From: Pseudomonadota bacterium
Lineage (GTDB): Bacteria > Desulfobacterota > Syntrophorhabdia > Syntrophorhabdales > Syntrophorhabdaceae
NCBI GenBank assembly: GCA_026388315.1
Contig: JAPLKA010000037.1
Span: 34,259-98,258, forward strand
Length of the DNA: 64,000 bases
Reading direction: 5' to 3'
Shown here in pieces: positions 29,128 through 39,381 of this stretch (position 1 is its first letter; each line of letters begins with the position of its first letter). Both the position numbers and the translations under genes were made by a program. The notes under the pieces are model-generated. The model searched no databases and had not been told where the DNA came from. It was given only the letters and a program-made list of their open reading frames with translations.

Positions 29128-30247
29128 GATTCTTTATCTTAATCGAACGGCAGAAATAGCTGGAGCAGAGATTAGTCTGATAGAGCTTTTACAGAATTTG
29201 GATAGAAACAAATACTCTCCTTTAGTGATTGTTCCCTCGGTTGGCCCCTTTTGCGAAAGACTTAAGACTATCCAAGTACCGTTCATGATAGAGCAATTCA
29301 AGTTTTTTAAGACCACCCAGCCACTCTCCTTTTTAAATACGGTGGCAAGGCTTATCAGGCTTATCAGAGGGGAGAACATTTCCTTAATCCACGCAAATGA
29401 CTACATGGGCAACCAGTATGGCGTCATCGCTGCCAAGTTGACTAGAATTCCGATAGTTGTTCATACGCGCCTTATCCTTGGAGATCTTGCCTGCCGTAAT
29501 AGCTTTATTAAGTTTGCGAACCATATTATTGCCAACTCGAATGCGACCATGTCGGCTTTACAGAAAGCCCGGGTTCCTATAGAAAAGATATCTACAGTTT
29601 GGAATTGTGTGAATACGGACGTTTTTAGATCGTTTGCTGCCAAAGATGGCCATGAGCTAAGAGAGCATCTCGGAATACCGAGAGATGCATTTTTGCTCGG
29701 AGTGATTGGAAGAATCCACTTTTCCAAGGGACATGATACCTTCATTGCTGCTATGGAGAAAATTGCAGACAAGATACCAAAAATTATGGGGCTAATTGTG
29801 GGTGAAACAAAGATTGACAAAAGTGAGGAATATTTAAAGGGTCTTCAAAAACTGGTATCCGAACATGGTCTTGAAAAACAAATACACTTTATACCTTTTC
29901 AAGAAAACATTGTCAGGGTTTACGAAGCATTGGATTTATTGGTACTTCCCTCATTGTGTGAACCATTCGGGAGAGTTATTGTTGAGGCGATGGCTATGGG
30001 AAAACCTGTTGTTGCTACCGCGGCTGGAGGTGCGTTAGAGATAGTAGAGGATGGCATAACCGGTCTTCTTGTTCCCCCAGGCAATATAGATGCTATGGCT
30101 GAAGCCATTCTCAAATTAGCCGTTTCGCCCCAATCGATGCTGCATGATATGGGGGAAATGGGTAGGATAAGAGCTGAATCTTTATTTTCACCTAAGGAAC
30201 ATGCGGGCAAAATTGAAGAAATCTATCAGCGCCTCCTCATTTATTAA
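29117..30247 (+). CDS. GT4-family glycosyltransferase
   Basis: EPFGRVIVEAMAMGKPVVATAAGGALEIVEDGITGLLV. Confidence 0.85.
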   Translation: MQYKILYLNRTAEIAGAEISLIELLQNLDRNKYSPLVIVPSVGPFCERLKTIQVPFMIEQFKFFKTTQPLSFLNTVARLIRLIRGENISLIHANDYMGNQYGVIAAKLTRIPIVVHTRLILGDLACRNSFIKFANHIIANSNATMSALQKARVPIEKISTVWNCVNTDVFRSFAAKDGHELREHLGIPRDAFLLGVIGRIHFSKGHDTFIAAMEKIADKIPKIMGLIVGETKIDKSEEYLKGLQKLVSEHGLEKQIHFIPFQENIVRVYEALDLLVLPSLCEPFGRVIVEAMAMGKPVVATAAGGALEIVEDGITGLLVPPGNIDAMAEAILKLAVSPQSMLHDMGEMGRIRAESLFSPKEHAGKIEEIYQRLLIY

Positions 30248-30292
30248 GGAAATGGACGAATTGTCTGGAATTTTGAATAACCGGCCGATAAA

Positions 30293-31312
30293 GTGAAAGA
30301 GAAATTATTAACATCAATTTTTTGTAAGAATTGCGAAAAAGGCTTTTTGAAATTGGATAATGTTTTTGAGATTGACCAAAATGATGAAATTCGAAGTGGA
30401 ACGGTCAAATGTACGGGATGTTTGGCCACATATAGGATCCATAAAGGAATCCTCGATCTCTTAAAGGACAAACATGTTCAACAAGCATACCAACCCAATA
30501 AGGGGCGCCGCGACTCATTAATTAGAAAAGGTGGAGGCGTGTATTCCGAGTCAGACCTTGCCCAGAGAAAGAATTTGGATGAAGGTTGGGTTTTTGATAC
30601 TGCAACTAATTTTGATTATATTTTAACGAAATTAAATTTGACTGGGCGCGAAACGGTCCTTGAAGTGGGCGCTGGGACATGTTGGGCAACTCATCGCTTT
30701 GCTAAATTAGGATGTGAATGCGTGGCCCTTGATGTGTTTACCGATAATAAGTTAGAACTGGCAGATTTTTGGTTTCGAGAGCACAATGTTTACTTTGATC
30801 GAGTTCTTTCAGACATGAATAAACTGCAATTTTATAGAGGTAGTTTTGATCTCGTCTTTTTTTGCTCAACGTTATTCTGTACCCAGGATATTTTATCATC
30901 TCTCACCGATATAAACCGGATTCTAAAACCGGATGGCAGAGTTGTCCTTACTTCAGAGCCCGTCCTTGGTATCTTTCAATACAGGACAATGAATCAGTGG
31001 AAAAATCATGGTGCAGGGCGACCAAACACAATTCCAACATGGATAGATTTTGTTAAAAAAGCAGGTTTTGGAGATATACAGCTTTTCTTTCCTCAATCAC
31101 TGAATGAAAAACTACTCAATCAGGAATTGATCTATAAAAAAACTTCCTGGTACTACTTTGTGGTCAAAGCGATATCTTCCATTTGGAAAATAGTACATTT
31201 CAGACAATTTGTAATGCGTCATTTTACCTACTTGTTACTGCTTTTAACGCCCGTAGCCTTACCGCTGTTGCTTGTGGCCAGGAAAAAACCAGAGAAGGCA
31301 AATCTTATTTGA
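30293..31312 (+). CDS. SAM-dependent methyltransferase with N-terminal zinc-ribbon and C-terminal TM helix
   Basis: CKNCEKG ... CTGCLATYRIHKGILDL (Trm112-like ribbon), VLEVGAGTCWATHRFAKLG and VALDV. Confidence 0.75.
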   Translation: MKEKLLTSIFCKNCEKGFLKLDNVFEIDQNDEIRSGTVKCTGCLATYRIHKGILDLLKDKHVQQAYQPNKGRRDSLIRKGGGVYSESDLAQRKNLDEGWVFDTATNFDYILTKLNLTGRETVLEVGAGTCWATHRFAKLGCECVALDVFTDNKLELADFWFREHNVYFDRVLSDMNKLQFYRGSFDLVFFCSTLFCTQDILSSLTDINRILKPDGRVVLTSEPVLGIFQYRTMNQWKNHGAGRPNTIPTWIDFVKKAGFGDIQLFFPQSLNEKLLNQELIYKKTSWYYFVVKAISSIWKIVHFRQFVMRHFTYLLLLLTPVALPLLLVARKKPEKANLI

Positions 31313-31319
31313 GTCTTTT

Positions 31320-32534
31320 ATGATAAATCAAAGTGTACACCGTGGTTTGAAATGGTTAGTTGATTCAGATATAAGAATAAAAGATCAGTCATCTCCTCTA
31401 TTTGATTCGGTTTGCGGTTCATACAATACCAGAAATAGGAGCTACCCATTCGTATATTGCGAAATCACCGCTTACGCTATTCAATTCTTGCTTCGAGCCG
31501 CTAAATGGTTTCAGAACAAGGATTTAGTTTTGTTGGCTAAGGCGGGTGGCGATTTTTTGATGAGAACTCAACATAACGAAAGTGATTGTAACGTTTCGGG
31601 CGCAATCCCTTATGGCTTTAGTCTTCCTGACAAACAAAAGATTGAGAAATATTATAGCTTTGATTCTGCGATTTGTATGTCGGCATTAGTTGAACTGTAT
31701 GAAGTTCTCGGTGATGAATCATATTTGAAGAGCGCAATCAGAATATGCACATGGTTAGAGGTCTTGCAGGAGCAAAGCGGCTTTTTCCATTTTGGACATA
31801 CCAAAGATGGATATAAACCTAAACTGACGGACTGGTATGGAAGCGGCGGATGCCTTCATGCCAAGAACGCTATAGGGCTGTTGAAGTTATATAACGCCAC
31901 ACAGGAGCGTAGACTTGTTAATGCTGCCGAAAGAGTTCTCGAATGGGGTTTGACCCTCCAGCTTAAGAATGGGGCCTTTAGGGTTAATAAGGAGTGTAAT
32001 TACATTTTCACCCACGCTTGCTGTTATGCCATTGAGGGATTATTGTACGGGTATTCAGTATTGGGGAAACCTCATTATCTACGAGCATGTATCCATGCCG
32101 CATCCTGGCTTTTGGGTTCGCAAAATTCTGATGGTTCCTTATCCCAGTATTATGGCCCAAACATTGAATGCTATTTAGCCGACATTAAATGGCCTCTTAG
32201 AAAGCTACGCAAAGTTGTAGTTCCCAGGGAGACTGGCGCCACGGCGCAAGCAATGCGGATATGGCTTGCCCTTTATCGTGAAACTGGAGATAAGGCATTT
32301 GATGCAGCAGCTCACAAAGCTGGTCAATTTATCCTAAGGATGCAATCACAAGTCATGTCAGACCCCAATTCTTTTGGCGGTTTTCATTCAAGCTGCGATT
32401 CTCTGTGGCTTTTTCATCGCCTTTCCCACTATCAATATGCTTGGACTGACATGTTTGCCTGCCACGCCTTGAATGTCTTGGATGATAAAACGAATTATCC
32501 AAATTTTAATTCTATTGTTGATGAACTTTTTTAG
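31320..32534 (+). CDS. alpha/alpha-toroid repeat protein (prenyltransferase/squalene-oxidase-repeat-like)
   Basis: Five spaced Q...G-aromatic repeats: RTQHNE..SGAIPYGF, LQEQSGFFHFG, LQLKNGAFRV, SQNSDGSLSQYY and MQSQV..FGGFHSS. I prefer ATG 31320. Confidence 0.5.
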   Translation: MINQSVHRGLKWLVDSDIRIKDQSSPLFDSVCGSYNTRNRSYPFVYCEITAYAIQFLLRAAKWFQNKDLVLLAKAGGDFLMRTQHNESDCNVSGAIPYGFSLPDKQKIEKYYSFDSAICMSALVELYEVLGDESYLKSAIRICTWLEVLQEQSGFFHFGHTKDGYKPKLTDWYGSGGCLHAKNAIGLLKLYNATQERRLVNAAERVLEWGLTLQLKNGAFRVNKECNYIFTHACCYAIEGLLYGYSVLGKPHYLRACIHAASWLLGSQNSDGSLSQYYGPNIECYLADIKWPLRKLRKVVVPRETGATAQAMRIWLALYRETGDKAFDAAAHKAGQFILRMQSQVMSDPNSFGGFHSSCDSLWLFHRLSHYQYAWTDMFACHALNVLDDKTNYPNFNSIVDELF

Positions 32535-32651
32535 GATAACAACAAAATCGTTAATTTCGTTCATTAGCCTGGATGCCATTGTGATGGATCCTGTATGTTA
32601 CCGAACTCAGCACAGTTACGTTTTTCTGGGATAAGTTCATAATGAAGTACG

Positions 32652-32873
32652 TTGTCTGTATCCGCGGTACCCGGAATACGTCCTATCAATAGTTTGGTGC
32701 GTGTAGCTAAAGATATGGATGGATTCGAACGGTATATTACGGAGGCATTAGAGGAACGGAATGAGGACTTGCTTCAATGGCGACTGGCAGTTGCCCAAGA
32801 TAACTCGTGGGAGAGGCGTGCGGAAGCAGTGATAGGAATTATTGGCAACGCTCTGCAAGGCAAAAGACTTTGA
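32652..32873 (+). pseudogene. C-terminal relic of a TuaH-like glycosyltransferase
   Basis: VPGIRPINSLVRVAKDMDGFERYI aligns with VPEIRPYAGFVRVARSIDEFTNAL of 27952..29127. No upstream part is present. Confidence 0.6.
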
Positions 32874-33150
32874 AGATTTTGTTTATCCATCAGGGTTTGC
32901 AATCTTTTGTCCAGAAAGACTTGGACATCTTACGCTCTGCTCACGAGGTATGTGAAGTCTGGTTTGGGGGGCTTCGAAGTGTTCCCGCTATCTGTTCCGG
33001 CGCAAAATGGGCCGATGTTACCTTCTCATGGTTCGGAAAACTTCACGCTTTTTTTGCGGTTTTATTTTCAAAGTTATTGGGGGGGAAACCGTTGTGGTGG
33101 CAGGTGGAGATGATGTTGCCTGCGGTCCATCGGAAAGGGAGTTAGTGCTG
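32870..33150 (+). pseudogene. N-terminal relic (frameshifted, truncated) of the GT4 gene at 36665..37729
   Basis: KILFIHQGLQSFVQKDLDILRSAHEV...WADVTFSWFGKLHAFFAVLFSKLLG matches residues 23-100 of the intact gene. A frameshift at a G7 run near 33088 follows, and the relic ends at the start of the next gene. Confidence 0.75.
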
Positions 33151-33151
33151 C

Positions 33152-34840
33152 ATGGCTAATTTTCAGCCTTTGAAAGACCGTTTCATTAAGGTACTCGAAG
33201 AAAACTTGCGGGTATTCCAAATCGGGGGGGTTTTCTTCGATTACGGCTGCGGCCGCGGAGATGTTGCAGAGCACCTAATTTGCAATCCCGTATTCACGCA
33301 GGGCTATGCCTATGATTTGGCAGTGACAGAAGAGCAGATTCAATCCGGGGGGGTCAGGGCGGGTGGTGGGCATTTGACGTATTTGCGCAGGACGGACGAA
33401 CTGCCTGACAAGGCCGATCTGGCCGTCCTTCTTGACGTGATCGAGCATGTTCACGATCCGGAACGGGTGTTCCATGAGATTGCCGACCATGTCCGCAAGG
33501 ATGGATGGCTCATTCTGACAATGCCTTACAATCCCCATGAATGGGGTATTGACGATGAGTTCTACGGTCATCTTCGCCGGCTCAGTCTGCGCGGTTCGAT
33601 TTCCCTGTTGGAAAACAGTGGATGGAACGTTATCCGTCTCCTGGACCCCACCTTCCCAAGCTTTTGGTTCATTCGTCGGGGCTATCTGCTGCTTAGGGCC
33701 TTAACCAGTAGTAGCGTGCAACAACAGCCGGCAAAGCATATGGGCGATATCGAAAAAACCCTTAAGTCTGCACGTGACAGCGCCTGGGATTATGGTGGAA
33801 TTATCCCAAGATTACTGGCCAACAGCTTGGTGCCTTGGATGCTTGTCCGCAGATTCGACATCTATTTCGAATCCTTCTTCCGAGGATTCGAGCTTTTTGT
33901 CGTATGCCAGAAACGCTCAACTTCGCGGGATTGCAGCGTATGCCTAAATGGCCACTTTACCTTTCAAAGCTTCTTCCATCGATATAACCTTCAAAAATGT
34001 ACTTTTTGTGCTACGGAAAAGGTTCTCCCACGGGTTGAAGGTGACCTCCTTCCGCGCGACACAGACCACCTGCGCTCACGTCTGGCTAGACGCTTTCTGA
34101 CCGCTACACAAAACTCGCGCCTGCGTAATCTCCTCGGCCTGCCGGTCAAGGAAAAAACGATAATTGTGATATCGCGCGGTGCCCAGGCCTTGCAAACACA
34201 GGTAGTCCCAGCGGATTGGCACCTGACCCAGTGTCATGGTAACGATCTGCTGAATCAGAATCGCATGCTGCGCTTCCATCCCGACGGCGCACGCTATGGT
34301 GTTGTCGCCATGATCCACTTGATCGAGCTTTTCGAGGAAGTGAGCGACGCCATCCGCATTCTCGATGACATGGTTGCCCCCGGCGGCTACGCTTATCTCG
34401 AGTTTCCTAATAGCCGTTCTATACTTAAGAAGGTGCTACGTTGGCGTTGGTTTGGTTATGACCCACCAATGCACCGCTATGTCCTGGACCCGCTCAGTTT
34501 GGCCGATCAACTGGGCATGCGCAACTACCGTTTGATCCGGGAGTCCCATTTTGCGCCAGAGTATTCGTTTTACATTTTCGCCCAAATCATCATCAATACA
34601 GTGTTTCCTTTCCAGCGGGATGCATTGTTCGATTGGCTGCTAAATAAGGAAACGTCTGGGATTAAAGGTATAATGACTTTGCTGTCGTTGCTCCTAATGC
34701 CCTTGCTATTGCCGTTATTCCTCATGTACCAACCTCTGGCAAGCCTCTTAAGACGTGGGTGCGTGACATGCCAGCTCTACAGAAAAACCGACGTCCCGAA
34801 CCCGCACGCCTCCGGCATTCTGTCCACCGGAAGAGATTGA
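33152..34840 (+). CDS. tandem double methyltransferase-domain protein with C-terminal TM helices
   Basis: Domain 1: FFDYGCGRGDV ... LLDVIEHVHDPERVFHEIADHVRKDGWLIL. Domain 2: VVAMIHLIELFEEVSDAIRILDDMVAPGGYAYLEF. GC is distinctly higher than the surroundings. Confidence 0.7.
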   Translation: MANFQPLKDRFIKVLEENLRVFQIGGVFFDYGCGRGDVAEHLICNPVFTQGYAYDLAVTEEQIQSGGVRAGGGHLTYLRRTDELPDKADLAVLLDVIEHVHDPERVFHEIADHVRKDGWLILTMPYNPHEWGIDDEFYGHLRRLSLRGSISLLENSGWNVIRLLDPTFPSFWFIRRGYLLLRALTSSSVQQQPAKHMGDIEKTLKSARDSAWDYGGIIPRLLANSLVPWMLVRRFDIYFESFFRGFELFVVCQKRSTSRDCSVCLNGHFTFQSFFHRYNLQKCTFCATEKVLPRVEGDLLPRDTDHLRSRLARRFLTATQNSRLRNLLGLPVKEKTIIVISRGAQALQTQVVPADWHLTQCHGNDLLNQNRMLRFHPDGARYGVVAMIHLIELFEEVSDAIRILDDMVAPGGYAYLEFPNSRSILKKVLRWRWFGYDPPMHRYVLDPLSLADQLGMRNYRLIRESHFAPEYSFYIFAQIIINTVFPFQRDALFDWLLNKETSGIKGIMTLLSLLLMPLLLPLFLMYQPLASLLRRGCVTCQLYRKTDVPNPHASGILSTGRD

Positions 34841-34924
34841 AGAATATTTGCCAGAAGAGAGTATCAATGGCATTTTCCATCATCCTTATGAACCTGTTAA
34901 TATCTATTGCAGAGGAGTTTTGAA

Positions 34925-36487
34925 ATGTGGATACATAGGATTATGAATTTTATAATTTACTGGTATGACGAAGTCCATGCTGACACCAGACTTAGGTCGA
35001 TTTTCTACATTATTCCAACTCTTTTTTTACTAATGTTGATTGCCCTTATGATACTTCCCATCGGGATACCGGTCATTGGTCATGTCAGTAGTTATTGGTG
35101 GGCAGATGCTGTAAACCAAAAGTTTGTGGGTCAAGTCAATAAATGGTTTTGGTTAAGGAAATCTTTGTTGACCATTGCTTTCCTGCTACTCTTGGCAGCA
35201 GGGATATTTCTGTGGCGAAAGCTACTTAGTTCCAAGACGTCCACAATTGTTGCCTTAGCTGCGGCGTACTTAACATTTGTTGGAACGCCGATTTTCACCC
35301 AATACTTAATAATGGGTGATTGGCATACCCTTGGCGCAGAGGCTTTGCGGTCTCCGTGGGGAGGAAGTCCAAGTTATATGAACATTGCGAGTCGAATTGA
35401 CAGTGTGTCAAACTATCTTGCACATATAACCGACTATGTCGGTGTTGACGGGCAGCTGCTAGGGCCAATGATGAGTAAAGCTCCAGCCTTTGTACTCACG
35501 TATTACGGCTTTGACCAGGCAGGTCTTTGGGCTGCAAGCGCGCTTGGGCTGAAATCTACACTTGAAGAGCGAAGCGTGGTGGTGGCAGTGAGCTTCCTGC
35601 TCGTTACAGGTTTGTGTATTTTCCCCTTGTACTTTGTAATTAAACAAATTATGTCAAGAACCGCTGCGTTAATTGGGGTAATGATATTTTCGCTGAACCC
35701 TATGGTGTCGGCGGGCTTTACGTTTTCCATGGCGTGGAATTATCAACTCATGATACCAATAACAGCCCTGGTAATAATGTTTCTATTCTACGGACTGGAT
35801 CGACAATCCTGGCTGTGGACTTCGGCCGCTTTGTTGATAGCAATTGTTAGTACACTTTTTAACTGGGTGTCGTTGGCACTGCTCGTCTTCTGTATACTCT
35901 TCATGGTTGTTCGATTTTATTGGCTGACAGACACAGCCAACCGAAAAATGGCAAGGCAGGCCGTCAATGTGGCTATCGGCTTGTTTGTCATCAGCGTGGT
36001 TGCGATCTTCGTCATCCGTTTTGCTACCGGGCTCAACATGGTCATATTCTTCTGGGAAAAGTTTGTCATAAAGTATGTTGTCTGGATGTGGACAACGGTT
36101 ATGTGTGATATGGGCGGTACGAAGTTTCTAATATCACTGCCGACAAACGTGTTGGAGTTTTTTTTCTGGGTTGGCATTCCAATTTCCCTGCAGTTTCTGC
36201 TTGCCCTGACACGGTCAGTTAAACCTGCGAAGCAATCTGATATGAAACTATTCCCCGGTCGCCTGCTTGTAGTGCTGCTTGTATTCTATATTTTGCTTTT
36301 AGATGTAAGTGGCATTTCGCTTGAAACTCAAAGATTGTGGGCATTTCTTGCGCCGATATTTATAATTGGCGGTCTGTATGAATTAGAATCTATCCAGCAA
36401 GAAAAGGAAATGGTTTCGGCGGGGCTGATTCTATTTGGGTTACAGGGTCTCCAGGTTCTTGTTTGCAAGAGCGTGTTTTTCTGGTAA
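34925..36487 (+). CDS. polytopic membrane protein (candidate glycan polymerase or GT-C)
   Basis: At least 11 TM helices. RBS agaggag lies 8 nt before ATG 34925. I recognise no family motif. Confidence 0.55.
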   Translation: MWIHRIMNFIIYWYDEVHADTRLRSIFYIIPTLFLLMLIALMILPIGIPVIGHVSSYWWADAVNQKFVGQVNKWFWLRKSLLTIAFLLLLAAGIFLWRKLLSSKTSTIVALAAAYLTFVGTPIFTQYLIMGDWHTLGAEALRSPWGGSPSYMNIASRIDSVSNYLAHITDYVGVDGQLLGPMMSKAPAFVLTYYGFDQAGLWAASALGLKSTLEERSVVVAVSFLLVTGLCIFPLYFVIKQIMSRTAALIGVMIFSLNPMVSAGFTFSMAWNYQLMIPITALVIMFLFYGLDRQSWLWTSAALLIAIVSTLFNWVSLALLVFCILFMVVRFYWLTDTANRKMARQAVNVAIGLFVISVVAIFVIRFATGLNMVIFFWEKFVIKYVVWMWTTVMCDMGGTKFLISLPTNVLEFFFWVGIPISLQFLLALTRSVKPAKQSDMKLFPGRLLVVLLVFYILLLDVSGISLETQRLWAFLAPIFIIGGLYELESIQQEKEMVSAGLILFGLQGLQVLVCKSVFFW

Positions 36488-36664
36488 TAAGGTTATAAAA
36501 GGCAGGTGTGGAAACAGAACCTTTACAACAGCGTAGAAAAATTATTATGCTTCAAACTCCACGCAGGATTGACACTAAACCGAGGTTGTTGATCCGTTTT
36601 GTCGCGTACAACACTGAAAATACGATCAGCGACGTGCTTACAAAAATAACCTAACAACTGTTTG

Positions 36665-37729
36665 ATGAATATTCAATCAAGCTATTGTGATTTAATAGCA
36701 CTCGACCATAAAAAAGCGCGAAGCTTGCGGATACTTTTTGTTCATCAAGGTCTTCAATCTTTTGTCCAAAAGGACCTGGAAATCTTACGCTCTGCGTATG
36801 AAGTCCGTGAAGTTTGGTTTAGGGGGCTTCGAAGTGTCCACGCTATCTGGTCCGCTACACAGTGGGCTGATGTTACGTTCTCATGGTTTGGCAAATTACA
36901 TGCTTTTTTTGCTGTTTTATTTTCAAAATTATTGGGGAAAAAGGCCGTTGTGGTGGCAGGCGGTGATGATGTTGTATATCTACCAAAGCTTAAGTATGGT
37001 TTGTTTTGTTATTGGTGGAAGAAATGGTGTCCTTTGTTTGTTTTTAAGTACGCTGATCTTGTTCTTCCCGTATCGAGGTACAATGAACAAGAAACCATAA
37101 AGAATGCAAAGGTAGATCATCAGAAGATCAGGATATTGTACCATGGATTTGACTCGAATGATTTTCAGAATCTGTCCAGCATTGGAACTGAGCGGGTTGC
37201 CATCACAGTTGGAGGAGTAGACTGGGAGCGTGTGCAGCGCAAAGGGTATGAGAGGTTTGTTCGAAGTGCAAAGTATCTTCTTGATGTACAATTCATTTTA
37301 ATAGGGAAGTGGCACGATGACGCCATTGATTATCTTCGTAATATTGCCTCTGAGAATGTTGTTTTTACCGGCCAGGTTAGCGATGAGGAATTAATGAGAT
37401 GGTTGTCGTTGGCTAAGGTTTATGTACAGGTTTCGCTTCATGAGGCATTTGGCTGTTCGCTGGCAGAGGCAATGCTCTGTGAATGCATTCCTGTCGTGTC
37501 AAGAACTGCCGCAATCCCTGAAGTAGTGGGTGACACAGGCTTCTATGTTGATGATGTAACCCCTCAAAACCTTGCCAGCAAAATCAAATATGCAATGACG
37601 TTGCCCGACGATTATGGAAAAAAAGCAAGACAGAGAATTATAGAGGAATTTCCTCTTTACAGGAGAAGACAGCAAATATTGGAAGCTATGAAGGCAATGT
37701 CGGCTCAAGATACCGAGGCAAGTTCATAG
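36665..37729 (+). CDS. GT4-like glycosyltransferase
   Basis: EAFGCSLAEAMLCECIPVVSRTAAIPEVVGDTGFYV. Confidence 0.8.
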   Translation: MNIQSSYCDLIALDHKKARSLRILFVHQGLQSFVQKDLEILRSAYEVREVWFRGLRSVHAIWSATQWADVTFSWFGKLHAFFAVLFSKLLGKKAVVVAGGDDVVYLPKLKYGLFCYWWKKWCPLFVFKYADLVLPVSRYNEQETIKNAKVDHQKIRILYHGFDSNDFQNLSSIGTERVAITVGGVDWERVQRKGYERFVRSAKYLLDVQFILIGKWHDDAIDYLRNIASENVVFTGQVSDEELMRWLSLAKVYVQVSLHEAFGCSLAEAMLCECIPVVSRTAAIPEVVGDTGFYVDDVTPQNLASKIKYAMTLPDDYGKKARQRIIEEFPLYRRRQQILEAMKAMSAQDTEASS

Positions 37730-37750
37730 CGTAAGCTTACATTTAAGACA

Positions 37751-37906
37751 ATGGCATACTTTCTATTCTGGTTATTATTAGGGGTTGTAGCATACGTGTA
37801 TTTTGGTTATCCGATATTGCTTACTATCTTAACCAAATGGATGCCTACAATCAGCTCAGCTCAGCCAAACCATTTCCGTCTCAATAATGAATATCTTGTT
37901 GATTAA
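37751..37906 (+). pseudogene. possible N-terminal relic of a GT2 membrane glycosyltransferase
   Basis: MAYFLFWLLLGVVAYVYFGYPILLTILTKW resembles the N-terminal TM plus YxGYP motif of GT2 synthases. It has only 51 codons and overlaps the next gene. Confidence 0.3.
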
Positions 37907-39113
37907 CCACTATGCCGGGTCACCCCGTTACGGCATGGAATACCGACCCTACTACCTTGCCAGAGAATGGGTACGGCTTGGGCATAAGGTGACGATAACA
38001 GCAGCTTCATTTTCTCATATCCGTACAAATCAGCCAGTACTTTCGCGCGGTCTGACCGAAGAAGTGATTGACGGAATTCATTATGTGTGGCTCAAAACAC
38101 CTGAGTATCATGGTAATGGTGTTGGCCGTGTCCTCAACATAGGAGTCTTTGTTGGACAACTTTATAGGTTTTCCAGCCAGATTATAGAGATGAGCCAGCC
38201 AGATGCCGTGGTTGCATCATCGCCTCATCCCTTTATTATTTTTCCTGCTTACTATCTACGGAAAAAGGCAAGGGCTAAATTAGTTTTCGAGGTACGTGAT
38301 TTATGGCCACTCTCACTGGTAGAGCTTGTGGGGATATCAAAGAGGCATCCGTTCATCATGGCAATGCAGCGTACGGAAGATTTTGCTTATCGTGCAGCGG
38401 ATAAAGTTGTTTCAGTTTTGCCGGGCACAGAGGAACACATGAAGATCCACGGTTTGGTCGATGGGAAGTTTGCATATATCCCGAATGGAATCGACATAAC
38501 TGGATGGGGAAAAGGGATTAATGAGCTTCCAGAAATGCATAAACAGGCACTGGATGTTCTCAGAAGTGAGCGAAAATTCATCGTGGGGTATACAGGTGAG
38601 CACGGTATTGGTAATGCTCTCAATTCACTTGTTGAAGCCTCTAATCTACTGAGGCAAGAGAATGTTGCGTTTGTTCTTGTTGGAAAAGGAATTAAAAAGG
38701 CTTACCTTCAGTCCAAGGTGTCTCGAATGGAATTGCAGTCTGTCACATTCCTTCCGGATATTCCCAAATCGGCGATCCCCTCCCTCCTTGATATGTTTGA
38801 TGTATGTTTTATAGGATGGCAGAACAAGCCCATATATCGGTTTGGAGTAAGTCCTAATAAGCTTATGGACTATATGATGGCGGCAAAACCAGTTATTCAT
38901 TCAACTGGTGCTGTTAATGATGTTGTTGCCGAAAGTGGATGCGGTTTATCTTGTTCGCCAGAGGACCCTGGTATGATTGCTAATGCGGTTATTCAGTTGA
39001 TGTCGTTATCCGAGGAAGATCGTAGGGATATGGGGTTGCGGGGCAGAGAGTATGTTTTGCAAAATCATGACTACAGGACGTTTGCTAAGAAATATTTGGA
39101 TATAATTGGGTGA
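37887..39113 (+). CDS. GT4-family glycosyltransferase, WbuB-like
   Basis: MNILLINHYAGSPRYGMEYRPYYLAREW is the characteristic WbuB-type N-terminus. PNKLMDYMMAAKPVI is also present. Confidence 0.85.
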   Translation: MNILLINHYAGSPRYGMEYRPYYLAREWVRLGHKVTITAASFSHIRTNQPVLSRGLTEEVIDGIHYVWLKTPEYHGNGVGRVLNIGVFVGQLYRFSSQIIEMSQPDAVVASSPHPFIIFPAYYLRKKARAKLVFEVRDLWPLSLVELVGISKRHPFIMAMQRTEDFAYRAADKVVSVLPGTEEHMKIHGLVDGKFAYIPNGIDITGWGKGINELPEMHKQALDVLRSERKFIVGYTGEHGIGNALNSLVEASNLLRQENVAFVLVGKGIKKAYLQSKVSRMELQSVTFLPDIPKSAIPSLLDMFDVCFIGWQNKPIYRFGVSPNKLMDYMMAAKPVIHSTGAVNDVVAESGCGLSCSPEDPGMIANAVIQLMSLSEEDRRDMGLRGREYVLQNHDYRTFAKKYLDIIG

Positions 39114-39381
39114 AACAACGATTGGGGCAATAAAGGAGTTTTATGATATCATCGCTGGAAAACTACTGGACCGCGATTAGCGGCTATTTCAATTCAAAAA
39201 ATAATGTTTTTCTTTTCTGAAAAGGCCAGGCTTCCGTACGGATGGGCACAAAGATGGCAACAAAAAGGCAAGAACTCTCTCAATTATATCTGGGAATTGC
39301 CCTGGTATAGCCCAAACCATCTTGCCCATATCCCCTTGCCGTTAGCAGCTTCCGGAACTTTATTTTGGTAAGAAATTAAAG

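Noticed and set aside
32807-33145. 112-aa ORF as a functional small gene
   Set aside because: It is a frameshifted, truncated copy of the 5' end of the GT4 gene at 36665, so I treated it as a relic.
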